From NCBI GenBank assembly GCA_964572855.1, contig CAZNGF010000001.1:14099-78098 (forward strand): DNA of 64,000 bases. Reading direction: 5' to 3'. The notes below the pieces were generated by a model. It saw only the letters and a list, made by a program, of their open reading frames with translations, did no database searches and was not told where the DNA came from. Numbering within the stretch: position 1 is the stretch's first letter; the number at the start of each line of letters is the position of its first letter. Made by a program: the position numbers and the translations under genes. This DNA is from an uncultured Thermotogae bacterium. GTDB taxonomy: Bacteria > Bipolaricaulota > Bipolaricaulia > RBG-16-55-9 > JAJCYT01. This document shows positions 44,607-55,143 of this stretch, one piece after another.

Positions 44607-47414
44607 ATGAATCGCAAACGGCGAAAGACAGCTGTCCGGGGCGCCAAACGGGGGACGGGGGAGCGGACGCTGGGCTGGATCATGCGCGCGCTGCTGGCGT
44701 TCTATCTGTTCGTCACGCCGTTGCTGCTCTACACTCGAAACACCGAATACGGCTACACCAAGGTCGTCTTCACCTTCGTGGTCGTGTCGCTGCTGCTGGC
44801 GCTCTGGGGCCTGCGCGGCTGGCTGCGCGGCGGCCTCTCGCTGCGCCTGCCGCCGCTGGCTTGGCCCGCGCTGGCGCTCTTGCTCGCCGGCGCGCTCTCG
44901 CTGTTCAACGCCACCAGCGCCGGCACGGGGCTGCAAAGCCTGGCGGTGCTGCTCTACTTCGCCTTTCTCTACCTTTTGATCGGCAACCTGGCCGAAGACC
45001 GGCGGACCGTGCTCCTGCTCCTGAGCATGGCCGCCCTGGCCGTGTTCGGGACGGGGCTGTACGGGATATTGCAGTACCACGGACTCCTCCCCGGCCGGAC
45101 GGGATCGTTGGGGACGGGGGCCATGATCTCCAGTATGGGCAACCAGAACTACCTGGCCGGCTTCCTGAGCTACTTGCTGATTCCGGGCACGTGGCTGCTG
45201 ATACAGGTCCGACGCTGGTGGTTGCGGGGGTTGGTTGCGATTTGTCTGGGGGTCGGGTTGTACGCCCTCGTCCTGACGAAGACGACGGGCGCCTTCCTTG
45301 GCTTGGGGGCCGCGCTCGCGTTTCTGCTGCTGGCTTGGCTGTTGCACGCGCTGCGTGGCGGGCGGTTCGCCTTGGTCGCGGCCGGCGCGGTCGCGGCCGG
45401 CTTGCTCGTGCTGGTCTACGTCCCGGTCGAGCCGCTCGTCGGTATGCGCGGCACCGATTGGGACGGGGTCGTGGTGGACGAGGGCCCGGCCCAGCGCACC
45501 GGCTTCCGCTACGGCGGGCGCCTGGTGGCCGGCGCCAGTGGAAACGGGCTGGAATTGAACGGCGAATCCGCTTACGTGACGCTCCCGGCGCAGTCGGCCC
45601 CTACGTTCGCCGCCGGGAGTTTTTCGGGCGCGCTCTGGGCCCGACTCGAAGACACAGGCGAAATCCAGACGCTGGTGGGACGGAATCGGCAGAGGTCGGG
45701 CTTCTTCCAAGGGTGGCGCCTGATCTATCGCGGGGACTCCAACGGCAAGCGAACCGACTTCACGATCGGCGACGGGGACAACCGCTTTGCCTTGCGACTT
45801 GAACGGGATATCGCCGACGGCCAATGGCACCACCTCGCCTGGCGCGTCGATCGCGCAAGCGACCAAGCGGCGCTCTTCCACAACGGCGAGCTGGTGGACC
45901 AGCGCGCCGTCACGTTCCAGAACGTGGACAGCGACCGCCCGCTTACGGTGGGGCGGCGTTCGCACTCCGCGCGCTGGTACCTCAAGGGGGCGCTGGATGA
46001 GGTGCGCCTCTGGGGGCGCGCCCTGTCCGACGAGGAGATCGACGCGCTTGCCAAGCGCGAAGCGCCCGCTTCGCTTTCGGACGGGCTCGCGCTGGCCTGG
46101 GGCTTCGACGCGGGGCCGCTGGCGCTTCAACTGGCCTACGTCCCCGCCCGCCTGGGCGATCTTTGGCAGCGCAACGCCGACCGCACGCGCGCCTGGGACT
46201 GGTGGGTGGGCTTCGAGATGGCCAAGGCGCGGCCGTTGCTGGGCGTGGGCCTGGGCAACTACAAGGTCGACTTCCTGGACTACAAGGGCGACTTCCTGCA
46301 AACCGAGCGCGGGGCCGCGTACGACTTCTACATCCGCCGCGCCGCCCAGGCGCACAACGACTACGTCCAGGCCGTCGCGGAGATGGGGTTGCTGGGGCTT
46401 GCAGCCGTGTTGTTCCTGCTGGGGACGCTCCTCTGGAGCGCCCGGCGCGGCCTGCGCCAGGAGGGCGGCGCCCGCTGGGCTCATGCCGCCATGCTGGCCG
46501 GCGTCGTCGCCTATCTGGCCCACGCGCTGGTGAGCTTCCCGGCGCACCTGCCGGCCTCCTCGCTGGCGCTCGTGCTCCTGCTGGGGCTGGCCCATTCCCG
46601 CGCGCTTTACCCGGACGTCCGCGCGCTCGTCCTGTGCGGATGGGCCCTGCGCGCGACCGTCGTCGTGGTCGTCGTCCTGGGCGTTTCCGTGAGCGCGCTG
46701 GCGCTGCGCGACTGGCAGGCCAACCTCCACCTGGACCGGGGGAACGCCCTCATGCAGCGCGGGCTGCACAACCTGGCGCGCAACGAATACGAGCGCAGCC
46801 TGGCGCTGGACTTCCAGCCGGCCGAGGTGCTCTACCGGCTCGGCGACCTCAACCGCACGCTGGGCAACCCCGAGGCCGCCGCCCGCTACTTCGAGCGCTC
46901 GCTGGGGAGTTTCGTGGTCGAGGAGACGTTCCTGTTTCTGACCGCGCTCGAACTCCAAAACGAAAACTTCGACGCCGCGCGCGCCCACGTGCGCCGGCTG
47001 CTTCGGATGCAGCCCAACCCCGAGACGCTGCGCGAGGCCGAGAACCTGCGCGGCGTGATCGAGGTGCGCGCCGGGAACGTCGAGGAGGGGATCGCTGTGC
47101 TAACCCCGCTGCTCGAGCGCTACCCGGACTTCGAAAAGCTCTACCTCTCGCTGGGCGAGGCCATGATTGCCCGGTACGAGTCGTCCGGCGACGCCGAGCA
47201 CCGCCGGCGCGCGCTGGACTACTACCGCGAGGGCATGGCCGTGGTCGAGCGCAAGCTGGAACGGCTGCAGGCCCGCTGGGCGGATATCGAGGAGCGGGTC
47301 GGCCGCGGCGAGGCCGTCTCCGGCCAGGAGGGCAACTCGGTGCGCAACTCGATCGACTACCTCAACCAGGTGCGTGACGAGATCGAGAAGGTGCTGGACC
47401 AACTCCAGCCCTAG
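44607..47414 (+). CDS. O-antigen ligase/polymerase-like polytopic membrane protein with an inserted LamG (concanavalin-A-like) domain and C-terminal TPR repeats
   Basis: The N-terminus (MNRKRRK) is followed by about 10 TM helices. An extracytoplasmic insert (GESAYVTLPA...FSGALWARL...WHHLAWRV...LDEVRLWGRALSDEEI) is LamG/Laminin_G_3-like. A Wzy_C-like segment follows, then TPR/coiled-coil to ...EIEKVLDQLQP. The 1047-aa track ORF includes an unsupported N-terminal run-on. Confidence 0.7.
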   Translation: MNRKRRKTAVRGAKRGTGERTLGWIMRALLAFYLFVTPLLLYTRNTEYGYTKVVFTFVVVSLLLALWGLRGWLRGGLSLRLPPLAWPALALLLAGALSLFNATSAGTGLQSLAVLLYFAFLYLLIGNLAEDRRTVLLLLSMAALAVFGTGLYGILQYHGLLPGRTGSLGTGAMISSMGNQNYLAGFLSYLLIPGTWLLIQVRRWWLRGLVAICLGVGLYALVLTKTTGAFLGLGAALAFLLLAWLLHALRGGRFALVAAGAVAAGLLVLVYVPVEPLVGMRGTDWDGVVVDEGPAQRTGFRYGGRLVAGASGNGLELNGESAYVTLPAQSAPTFAAGSFSGALWARLEDTGEIQTLVGRNRQRSGFFQGWRLIYRGDSNGKRTDFTIGDGDNRFALRLERDIADGQWHHLAWRVDRASDQAALFHNGELVDQRAVTFQNVDSDRPLTVGRRSHSARWYLKGALDEVRLWGRALSDEEIDALAKREAPASLSDGLALAWGFDAGPLALQLAYVPARLGDLWQRNADRTRAWDWWVGFEMAKARPLLGVGLGNYKVDFLDYKGDFLQTERGAAYDFYIRRAAQAHNDYVQAVAEMGLLGLAAVLFLLGTLLWSARRGLRQEGGARWAHAAMLAGVVAYLAHALVSFPAHLPASSLALVLLLGLAHSRALYPDVRALVLCGWALRATVVVVVVLGVSVSALALRDWQANLHLDRGNALMQRGLHNLARNEYERSLALDFQPAEVLYRLGDLNRTLGNPEAAARYFERSLGSFVVEETFLFLTALELQNENFDAARAHVRRLLRMQPNPETLREAENLRGVIEVRAGNVEEGIAVLTPLLERYPDFEKLYLSLGEAMIARYESSGDAEHRRRALDYYREGMAVVERKLERLQARWADIEERVGRGEAVSGQEGNSVRNSIDYLNQVRDEIEKVLDQLQP

Positions 47415-47481
47415 CGCTTCATCCCCAGCGCCAATTGAAGCGCTCCCCCGCGGGGCTTAGAATGTGCGCGGAGGCACTTGA

Positions 47482-50052
<2,571 letters not shown>

Positions 50053-50053
50053 A

Positions 50054-50263
50054 TCAATCGAGCTTCAGCACGCGGAGCTCCTGCGGGTTTTTGGCGCCCT
50101 GCAGCAACTCGAAGCGGATGACCCCGTTGATGGACACAACGTTTCGCTCCAAAGATGCCTTCAAGTGGGCCTTGAGGCGTTCGTAGCCTATGCGCTGAAA
50201 ACTCGCGATCCACGCCGACGTGTCCACAAGAATGAGCTCAGCGGACGCGGATTTAGCGTTCAT
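50054..50263 (-). pseudogene. Truncated VapC (PIN) toxin: N-terminal half only
   Basis: The 69-aa reading frame starts ELILVDTSAWIASF, a PIN N-terminus with its first Asp. It stops where it meets the secA 3' end, and the remaining PIN acidic residues are absent. Confidence 0.55.
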
Positions 50264-50465
50264 CCCGGACGCGCTCTAACTCGGCCAAGTCCATGCCGTG
50301 TTCGTAGTGGCCGATCATGTCGTGCAACTCCTGACGCCGCTTGAGCTTGACGTACGCCTCCAAGGCGGTGTGAATCGCCCGTTTCTTGGTACGGCTACCG
50401 CTCAGCTTCATGACCAGCTCGACCAGTTCCTCATCGAGCTCGAGCGTGGTGTGCACAAAAACCAC
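50253..50465 (-). CDS. vapB: VapB-family antitoxin (Rv0623-like)
   Basis: 70 aa, MVFVHTTLELDEELVELVMKLSGSRTKKRAIHTALEAYVKLKRRQELHDMIGHY.... An AT-rich operator-like stretch (ATTATGCATTATG) lies upstream. Confidence 0.7.
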   Translation of the reverse strand: MVFVHTTLELDEELVELVMKLSGSRTKKRAIHTALEAYVKLKRRQELHDMIGHYEHGMDLAELERVRDER

Positions 50466-50577
50466 CTCTCATTATGCATTATGTTGATAGTAATTCTTGT
50501 GCTTGTCAAGGCTGGCACACGCAGGGGCGCGAGTTCATAACAACCGGGAGCTGTTCTGACCCCGCCGGCCAGGCGAC

Positions 50578-52014
50578 TCAGGGATAGAGCCGGTGGATCT
50601 GGCGCGGGAACGGGATGCACTCGCGCAGGTGGGCCACGCCTGTGATCCAGGCCACGGTGCGCTCGATCCCGAGGCCGAAGCCCGCGTGCGGCACCGAGCC
50701 GTAGCGGCGCAGGTCCAGGAACCACTCGTAGGGCGCCTTGGGCAGGCCGTGCGCCTCGATCTTGCGTTCGAGCACTTCCAAACTGACCGCGCGCGCGCTG
50801 CCCCCGATGAGCTCGCCGTAGCCCTCAGGCGCGATCAGATCCGCGTTCAGGACCCGCTCGGGGTTGTCGGGGTCGGGCTCCATGTAGAACGGCTTCATGT
50901 CGGCCGGGAACTTTTCGATGAACACGGGCCGGCCGAAGTGATGGCCCAGCGCCTCCTCGTGCGGCGCGCCGAAGTCGTCGCCCGCACTCATCTTGAGTCC
51001 ATGTTCGCTGGCGATTTGCTCGGCCTCGGCTGGGGTGAGCTCGGGCGGCGCGGCCTCGTCGCCCCCCTCGCTCTCGCTGGTGCGCTCCTCGTCGTCGGCC
51101 TGGCCGCGGCGCTGCGCCCACTTGGCGGCCATGAAGCGCACGAGCGCGTCCGTGTTCAGCAGGTCGATCGCCTCGTCGTAGCTCACGCGCGCGAAGGGCT
51201 CGTCCACGACGCGCTCCAGCGCGGCGCGCTCGCGGCCCAGCGCGTCGAGCTCGGGGGCCTTGTGCTCCAGGGCGCGTGCGATCACGTACTTGACCAGTTC
51301 CTCCTGCAGCGCCAGGTTGTCGTCGTGCCCGTAGTAGGCCATCTCGCCTTCGGCCATCCAGAACTCGGTCAGGTGTTTGCGCGTCTTGGAGAGCTCGGCG
51401 CGGAAGGCCGGGCCGATCCAGTAGACGCGCCCCAGCGCCATGGCCGTGGCCTCCAAGTAGAGCTGGCCGCTCTGCGACAGGTAGGCCTTGCGCTCGAAGT
51501 AGGGGGTCTCGAACAGCGTGGTCGTGCCCTCGACCGAGATCGGGGTCAACAGCGGCGCCTCGGTGGCCACGAAGCCCTTTTGGTGGAAGAAGTCGCGGAT
51601 GGCCTGCATCACCTCGTGGCGCACGCGCAGCAGCGGGACCTGCTTGGCCGAGCGGATCCACAGGTGGCGGTGGTCCATCAAAAAGCCCGCCCCGTGCGGC
51701 TTGGGCGAGATGGGGTATTCGTGGGCGACGTGGACGGGTTCGACCTCTTCAAGCTCGAGCTCGTAGCCGCTGGGCGCGCGCGCGTCGGCCTTCACCGTGC
51801 CGCGCACGATGAGCGAGGACTCCTGCGTGAGCCCTTTGGCCGCCTCGAAGGCCGCCTCGTTGCCTTTGGTCACGACGCCCTGGATGATCCCGGTCCCGTC
51901 CCGCACGAGGAGAAAGGCGATCTTGCCGCTCTCGCGCTTGCGATACAGCCAGCCGCGCAGCTCGACGCGCCGGCCCTCGTGGGCCCCAATGTCGACGATG
52001 TAGGTCTGTTCCAT
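50578..52014 (-). CDS. asnS: Asparagine--tRNA ligase
   Basis: Class IIb aaRS with an OB anticodon domain. Motif 2 is GPAFRAELSKTRKHLTEFWMAEGEMAY (AsnRS type, not AspRS) and motif 3 is GFGLGIERTVAWI. It carries an acidic insertion of about 45 aa. Confidence 0.85.
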   Translation of the reverse strand: MEQTYIVDIGAHEGRRVELRGWLYRKRESGKIAFLLVRDGTGIIQGVVTKGNEAAFEAAKGLTQESSLIVRGTVKADARAPSGYELELEEVEPVHVAHEYPISPKPHGAGFLMDHRHLWIRSAKQVPLLRVRHEVMQAIRDFFHQKGFVATEAPLLTPISVEGTTTLFETPYFERKAYLSQSGQLYLEATAMALGRVYWIGPAFRAELSKTRKHLTEFWMAEGEMAYYGHDDNLALQEELVKYVIARALEHKAPELDALGRERAALERVVDEPFARVSYDEAIDLLNTDALVRFMAAKWAQRRGQADDEERTSESEGGDEAAPPELTPAEAEQIASEHGLKMSAGDDFGAPHEEALGHHFGRPVFIEKFPADMKPFYMEPDPDNPERVLNADLIAPEGYGELIGGSARAVSLEVLERKIEAHGLPKAPYEWFLDLRRYGSVPHAGFGLGIERTVAWITGVAHLRECIPFPRQIHRLYP

Positions 52015-52184
52015 TGCGCTCCTCCGCCCGTGCGCCCGAGATTTCGACGCGGCCCATGGTAATCCTCCCCGCGGGTTTTACAAGCCGGCAGGCCTGCTCG
52101 GGGTGGCGATTCGGCAAGCCGATTGGGAGGGGGAAGCGTCCGTGCGTTTCCAGGCCGCTCCCCGTCACAATGCATCCCAGGGGC

Positions 52185-52213
52185 TTGACTTGGGAAGCAA
52201 GTTAGGCTATGTT
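52185..52213 (+). promoter_or_regulatory. Putative promoter of the lipoprotein gene: TTGACT, 17-nt spacer, TATGTT
   Basis: Near-consensus -35 and -10 boxes with 17-nt spacing, about 80 nt upstream of the ATG at 52292. Confidence 0.45.
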
Positions 52214-52216
52214 TGC

Positions 52217-52250
52217 TTCATCTCATCTCATCTCATCTCATCTCATCTCA
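52217..52250. repeat. Pentanucleotide microsatellite (TCTCA)6 in the 5' UTR of the lipoprotein gene
   Basis: ttcaTCTCATCTCATCTCATCTCATCTCATCTCA is six perfect units plus a partial unit. It lies between the -10 box and the Shine-Dalgarno (AAAGGAG). Confidence 0.9.
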
Positions 52251-52291
52251 AGTTCGGTAGTTGCGGTCCTTGAGGGAGCGAAAGGAGCGGC

Positions 52292-55060
52292 ATGCACGGG
52301 CTCGAGCGTCGGGTCGTGTGCGGGTTGGCGTTGCTGTTGGCGCTGGGGGCGTTGGCGGGGTGCGCGCAGTTCTCGGGGTGGTTCCGGGACGCGCCCGAGG
52401 GGGTGGCGGCCTCGTTCGAGGGGAGCTACGCCTGGGAGATGCTGGGGGTCGAGCGGGGCAAGCAGCCCCAGGCCTGCGGCGCGGCGCTGGGGGCCCAGGC
52501 GGCCAAGGCCAAGGCGCAGGAGCTGCTGAGCCGGATGCGCGAGGCCCAGCAGTTGCAGGCGCTGCTGGGGGCGCGGGGCAAGCCGCTCAAGCTGGGCAAG
52601 GCGGCGGCCTGCCGGGTCAAGCGCGACCAGCCGAAGCGCGGACGCGGGGTGGCCTTGCAGGACGGCGGCCCAACCGGCGAGGAGGAGATCGGCACGCTGG
52701 TCGAAATCCCGGCCGGCAGCGACGCGGCGCTCTACCTGGCCGAGGTGTATGATGAGGGCGAAAGCTGGGCCTCGATCAAGGAGGTCGACCCCGAGGGCGA
52801 GCGCCTGGTGCAAATCGAGACGCTCGTGCCCGAGGACTACGATCTGGAGCCGGAAGGGGAGCTGAGCGTGGGCGAGGTGCCTTGGTTCCTGCCGGGCGAG
52901 ACGGGCAGCGGCGAGTTGATCGCCGAGGTGCTGGAGGGGCTGGCCGAGGCGGGGCCGGAAGGGTGGGTGTTCCGGCCGGCGGCGCTGGCCGAAGCCGATC
53001 CGGCGTACCTGGCGTTTGCGCAGGAGGCCAGCGACCCGGAGCTGGACTGGAGCCAGGCGGACGCGATCGTCGACGAGGAGAGCGAGGAGTTGGTGTTGTT
53101 CGTGCCGTCGGCGGGGGCGGTGGCCGCGGGCGAGGCGTTGTGGGGCTCGCGGTTGAGCTTCCTGGACGACGGCCATTCGCTAGCGGTGCGGGCGCCGGTG
53201 CGGCGCGTGACCCGGCCCGCGACCAACACGCAGCGCTGGACGGTGCAGCGCAACACGACCACGCAACGCCCGACAATCCGCAGCACGATCCGGACGCGCC
53301 ACCTGCCCCAGCCGTTTGGGTTGTGTCCCTACCAGCACTACGGCCGCCTGTCACGGGCCAAGAAAGCGCTCTGCAACACGTGGGAACAGAGGCATCAGCC
53401 CAAGGTCAACCGGGTCAAGTTCAAGTCGGCGAAGAAGAACGTGCGGGAGACGAGCCAAAAGACCGTGCAAACGTTGAATGCCAACGCCAGCGTGATCGGC
53501 TTGAGCGGCAAGAACGCCAACCTCGTGTTGGCCGGCTTCAAGGACGTCTCACAGGAGCGGATCGACAAGTTCTATCAGGAAGCGGCCCGCGCGGCGGCGT
53601 CAGGGGCCAACCAGACCAACGGCCTGCTGAGGTTCCCCTTCATCGCGGACAACGATCGGTTGCCGGATGACCGGCTCTCGCCGCCGGAAGACACAATTTC
53701 GACAGCGGTCAATGCGACGTGCTCGTTTGCCAGTGACTTGATTGGCCAAATTACACGTGTAGGGGAAAATACGATTGATGCTATCTGCTTCATTCTGGGC
53801 GAGATGAACGGTTGGCGAGAAGTCCAATCTGTGCAAGAACAAGCAGACTTACGTGAAGGAATAAATAGAATCGCAAGTCAAGCTTTTGGTGTAGAGGTGT
53901 TTACATTAGGCGATATAGAGAAACGCATTTTAGGGATAGAAAATGCAGGTCTTTCTTCAGATGAAAGGCAACAGGTCAACAGCTTCCTCGGTCAATTGGA
54001 ACAACTGTTACAGCAACAGATGGGAACAGAATCCCTGGAGGCAAGCAAAGTATTGGCTACAGCGCTGTTTGGGTTGAGACAAGCATTTCGTGCTTCTCAT
54101 ACTGAAGCTGATGCAATCGGGAACGGTCAGCTCTTCGTCAAAAGCATGATCGACGAGATGGGCCCAGAGCTGTTCTTGATGATTCACTTCATGCAACAAG
54201 CAACTTCAGAACTGACTTGGAATATCAATGCCGACTGGGAGCGCCATATCCCTGTGCAGGACTTCGCTACGTTGGGGAAGTTCCTCGACATGCTCAAGAG
54301 CAAAGACATCATCAACACGGACAACGCCGTCAAGCTGATCACATTTGTGGGCGTCTTCTCCCAGCTCGCGCTGGAGAACGGCATGACGTTTGAGGTGAAG
54401 GAAGCGCTGGCCCGCGCGGGTTTCCTGGCCGAACTGGCCGTGGAAGCCCAAGTCGCAGGTTACAATACCGCGCAACAATTTGAGGTGCTCACCGAGATCG
54501 GAGGAGAGTCGGTCGATTTCAAGTTTCAGTCTTTAAAGCTGAGAATAGAAGACAAGACAACGTTTATCACGGGTATCGTGGTGCCTTTCTTGAAAGACGG
54601 GGTCGCAGTCAAGGGGTTGATTGAGAGGATCAAGAAAGTAGACAAGGCGCTTGAAGGCAGCGCAGGGAACGCTCCCCAATTGATCGTCGTGGTCGTCCAA
54701 CAAGCCAGCGAGGCCAATGTGAACGAGTTGTGCGCGGACGTGCGTTCCGGGCGTACGTTTGCGTTCGTGGTGGTCATCGTCAACGGGCGCGTGGCCCTGA
54801 ACGGGACGTGTCACAGCATCGACAGCTCGGTCAATGACAAGCTGCTGGGTTCTGGGCGTGATGGGGGCGATGTAGCCCAAGGGGTCTGTGACCTGGAGGT
54901 CACGCTCTGCGGAGGCGAAACGGACACGTCTTCATCCGGCGGTGGGGGAGCCAGCGCACCGCCGGTGATCGTGAGCCTGCCCCTGCCGCCCGAGGTGCTG
55001 TGTCCGGGAGGCGGCGCGTGCTTGACCCCGGAAGGGAAGAGGCTGTGGCTGGGTGACTGA
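52292..55060 (+). CDS. Large lipoprotein of unknown function; its C-terminal ~330 aa are paralogous to the downstream gene
   Basis: Lipobox MHGLERRVVCGLALLLALGALAGC. The N-terminal half is acidic. The C-terminal module is shared with 55144-56334 (RIAS...SSDER.Q.NSFL.QLEQLLQQ...GQLFV...MGP.LFLM.HFMQQATS.L.WN ... CADVR..RT.AFVVV..NGR...LLG.GR...QVCDLEVTLCG). Codon position 3 is GC-rich except in the 53690-54300 segment. Confidence 0.75.
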   Translation: MHGLERRVVCGLALLLALGALAGCAQFSGWFRDAPEGVAASFEGSYAWEMLGVERGKQPQACGAALGAQAAKAKAQELLSRMREAQQLQALLGARGKPLKLGKAAACRVKRDQPKRGRGVALQDGGPTGEEEIGTLVEIPAGSDAALYLAEVYDEGESWASIKEVDPEGERLVQIETLVPEDYDLEPEGELSVGEVPWFLPGETGSGELIAEVLEGLAEAGPEGWVFRPAALAEADPAYLAFAQEASDPELDWSQADAIVDEESEELVLFVPSAGAVAAGEALWGSRLSFLDDGHSLAVRAPVRRVTRPATNTQRWTVQRNTTTQRPTIRSTIRTRHLPQPFGLCPYQHYGRLSRAKKALCNTWEQRHQPKVNRVKFKSAKKNVRETSQKTVQTLNANASVIGLSGKNANLVLAGFKDVSQERIDKFYQEAARAAASGANQTNGLLRFPFIADNDRLPDDRLSPPEDTISTAVNATCSFASDLIGQITRVGENTIDAICFILGEMNGWREVQSVQEQADLREGINRIASQAFGVEVFTLGDIEKRILGIENAGLSSDERQQVNSFLGQLEQLLQQQMGTESLEASKVLATALFGLRQAFRASHTEADAIGNGQLFVKSMIDEMGPELFLMIHFMQQATSELTWNINADWERHIPVQDFATLGKFLDMLKSKDIINTDNAVKLITFVGVFSQLALENGMTFEVKEALARAGFLAELAVEAQVAGYNTAQQFEVLTEIGGESVDFKFQSLKLRIEDKTTFITGIVVPFLKDGVAVKGLIERIKKVDKALEGSAGNAPQLIVVVVQQASEANVNELCADVRSGRTFAFVVVIVNGRVALNGTCHSIDSSVNDKLLGSGRDGGDVAQGVCDLEVTLCGGETDTSSSGGGGASAPPVIVSLPLPPEVLCPGGGACLTPEGKRLWLGD

Positions 55061-55143
55061 GACGGCGCTGCTCTGCGCGCGGGAAGGAGCGCTCTGGCCA
55101 GCGGGCCGGGGCGCTTCGCTCACGGCGTGCTAAGGAAACCAAC

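Noticed and set aside
44439-46988. 849-aa minus-strand ORF and other long antisense ORFs (47485-50016, 58099-59937, 52238-53176, 23425-25134)
   Set aside because: All are mirror frames of well-supported genes (O-antigen-ligase-like, secA, surE/phosphoesterase, lipoprotein, 7TMR-HD). They are low-complexity and lack any domain signal.
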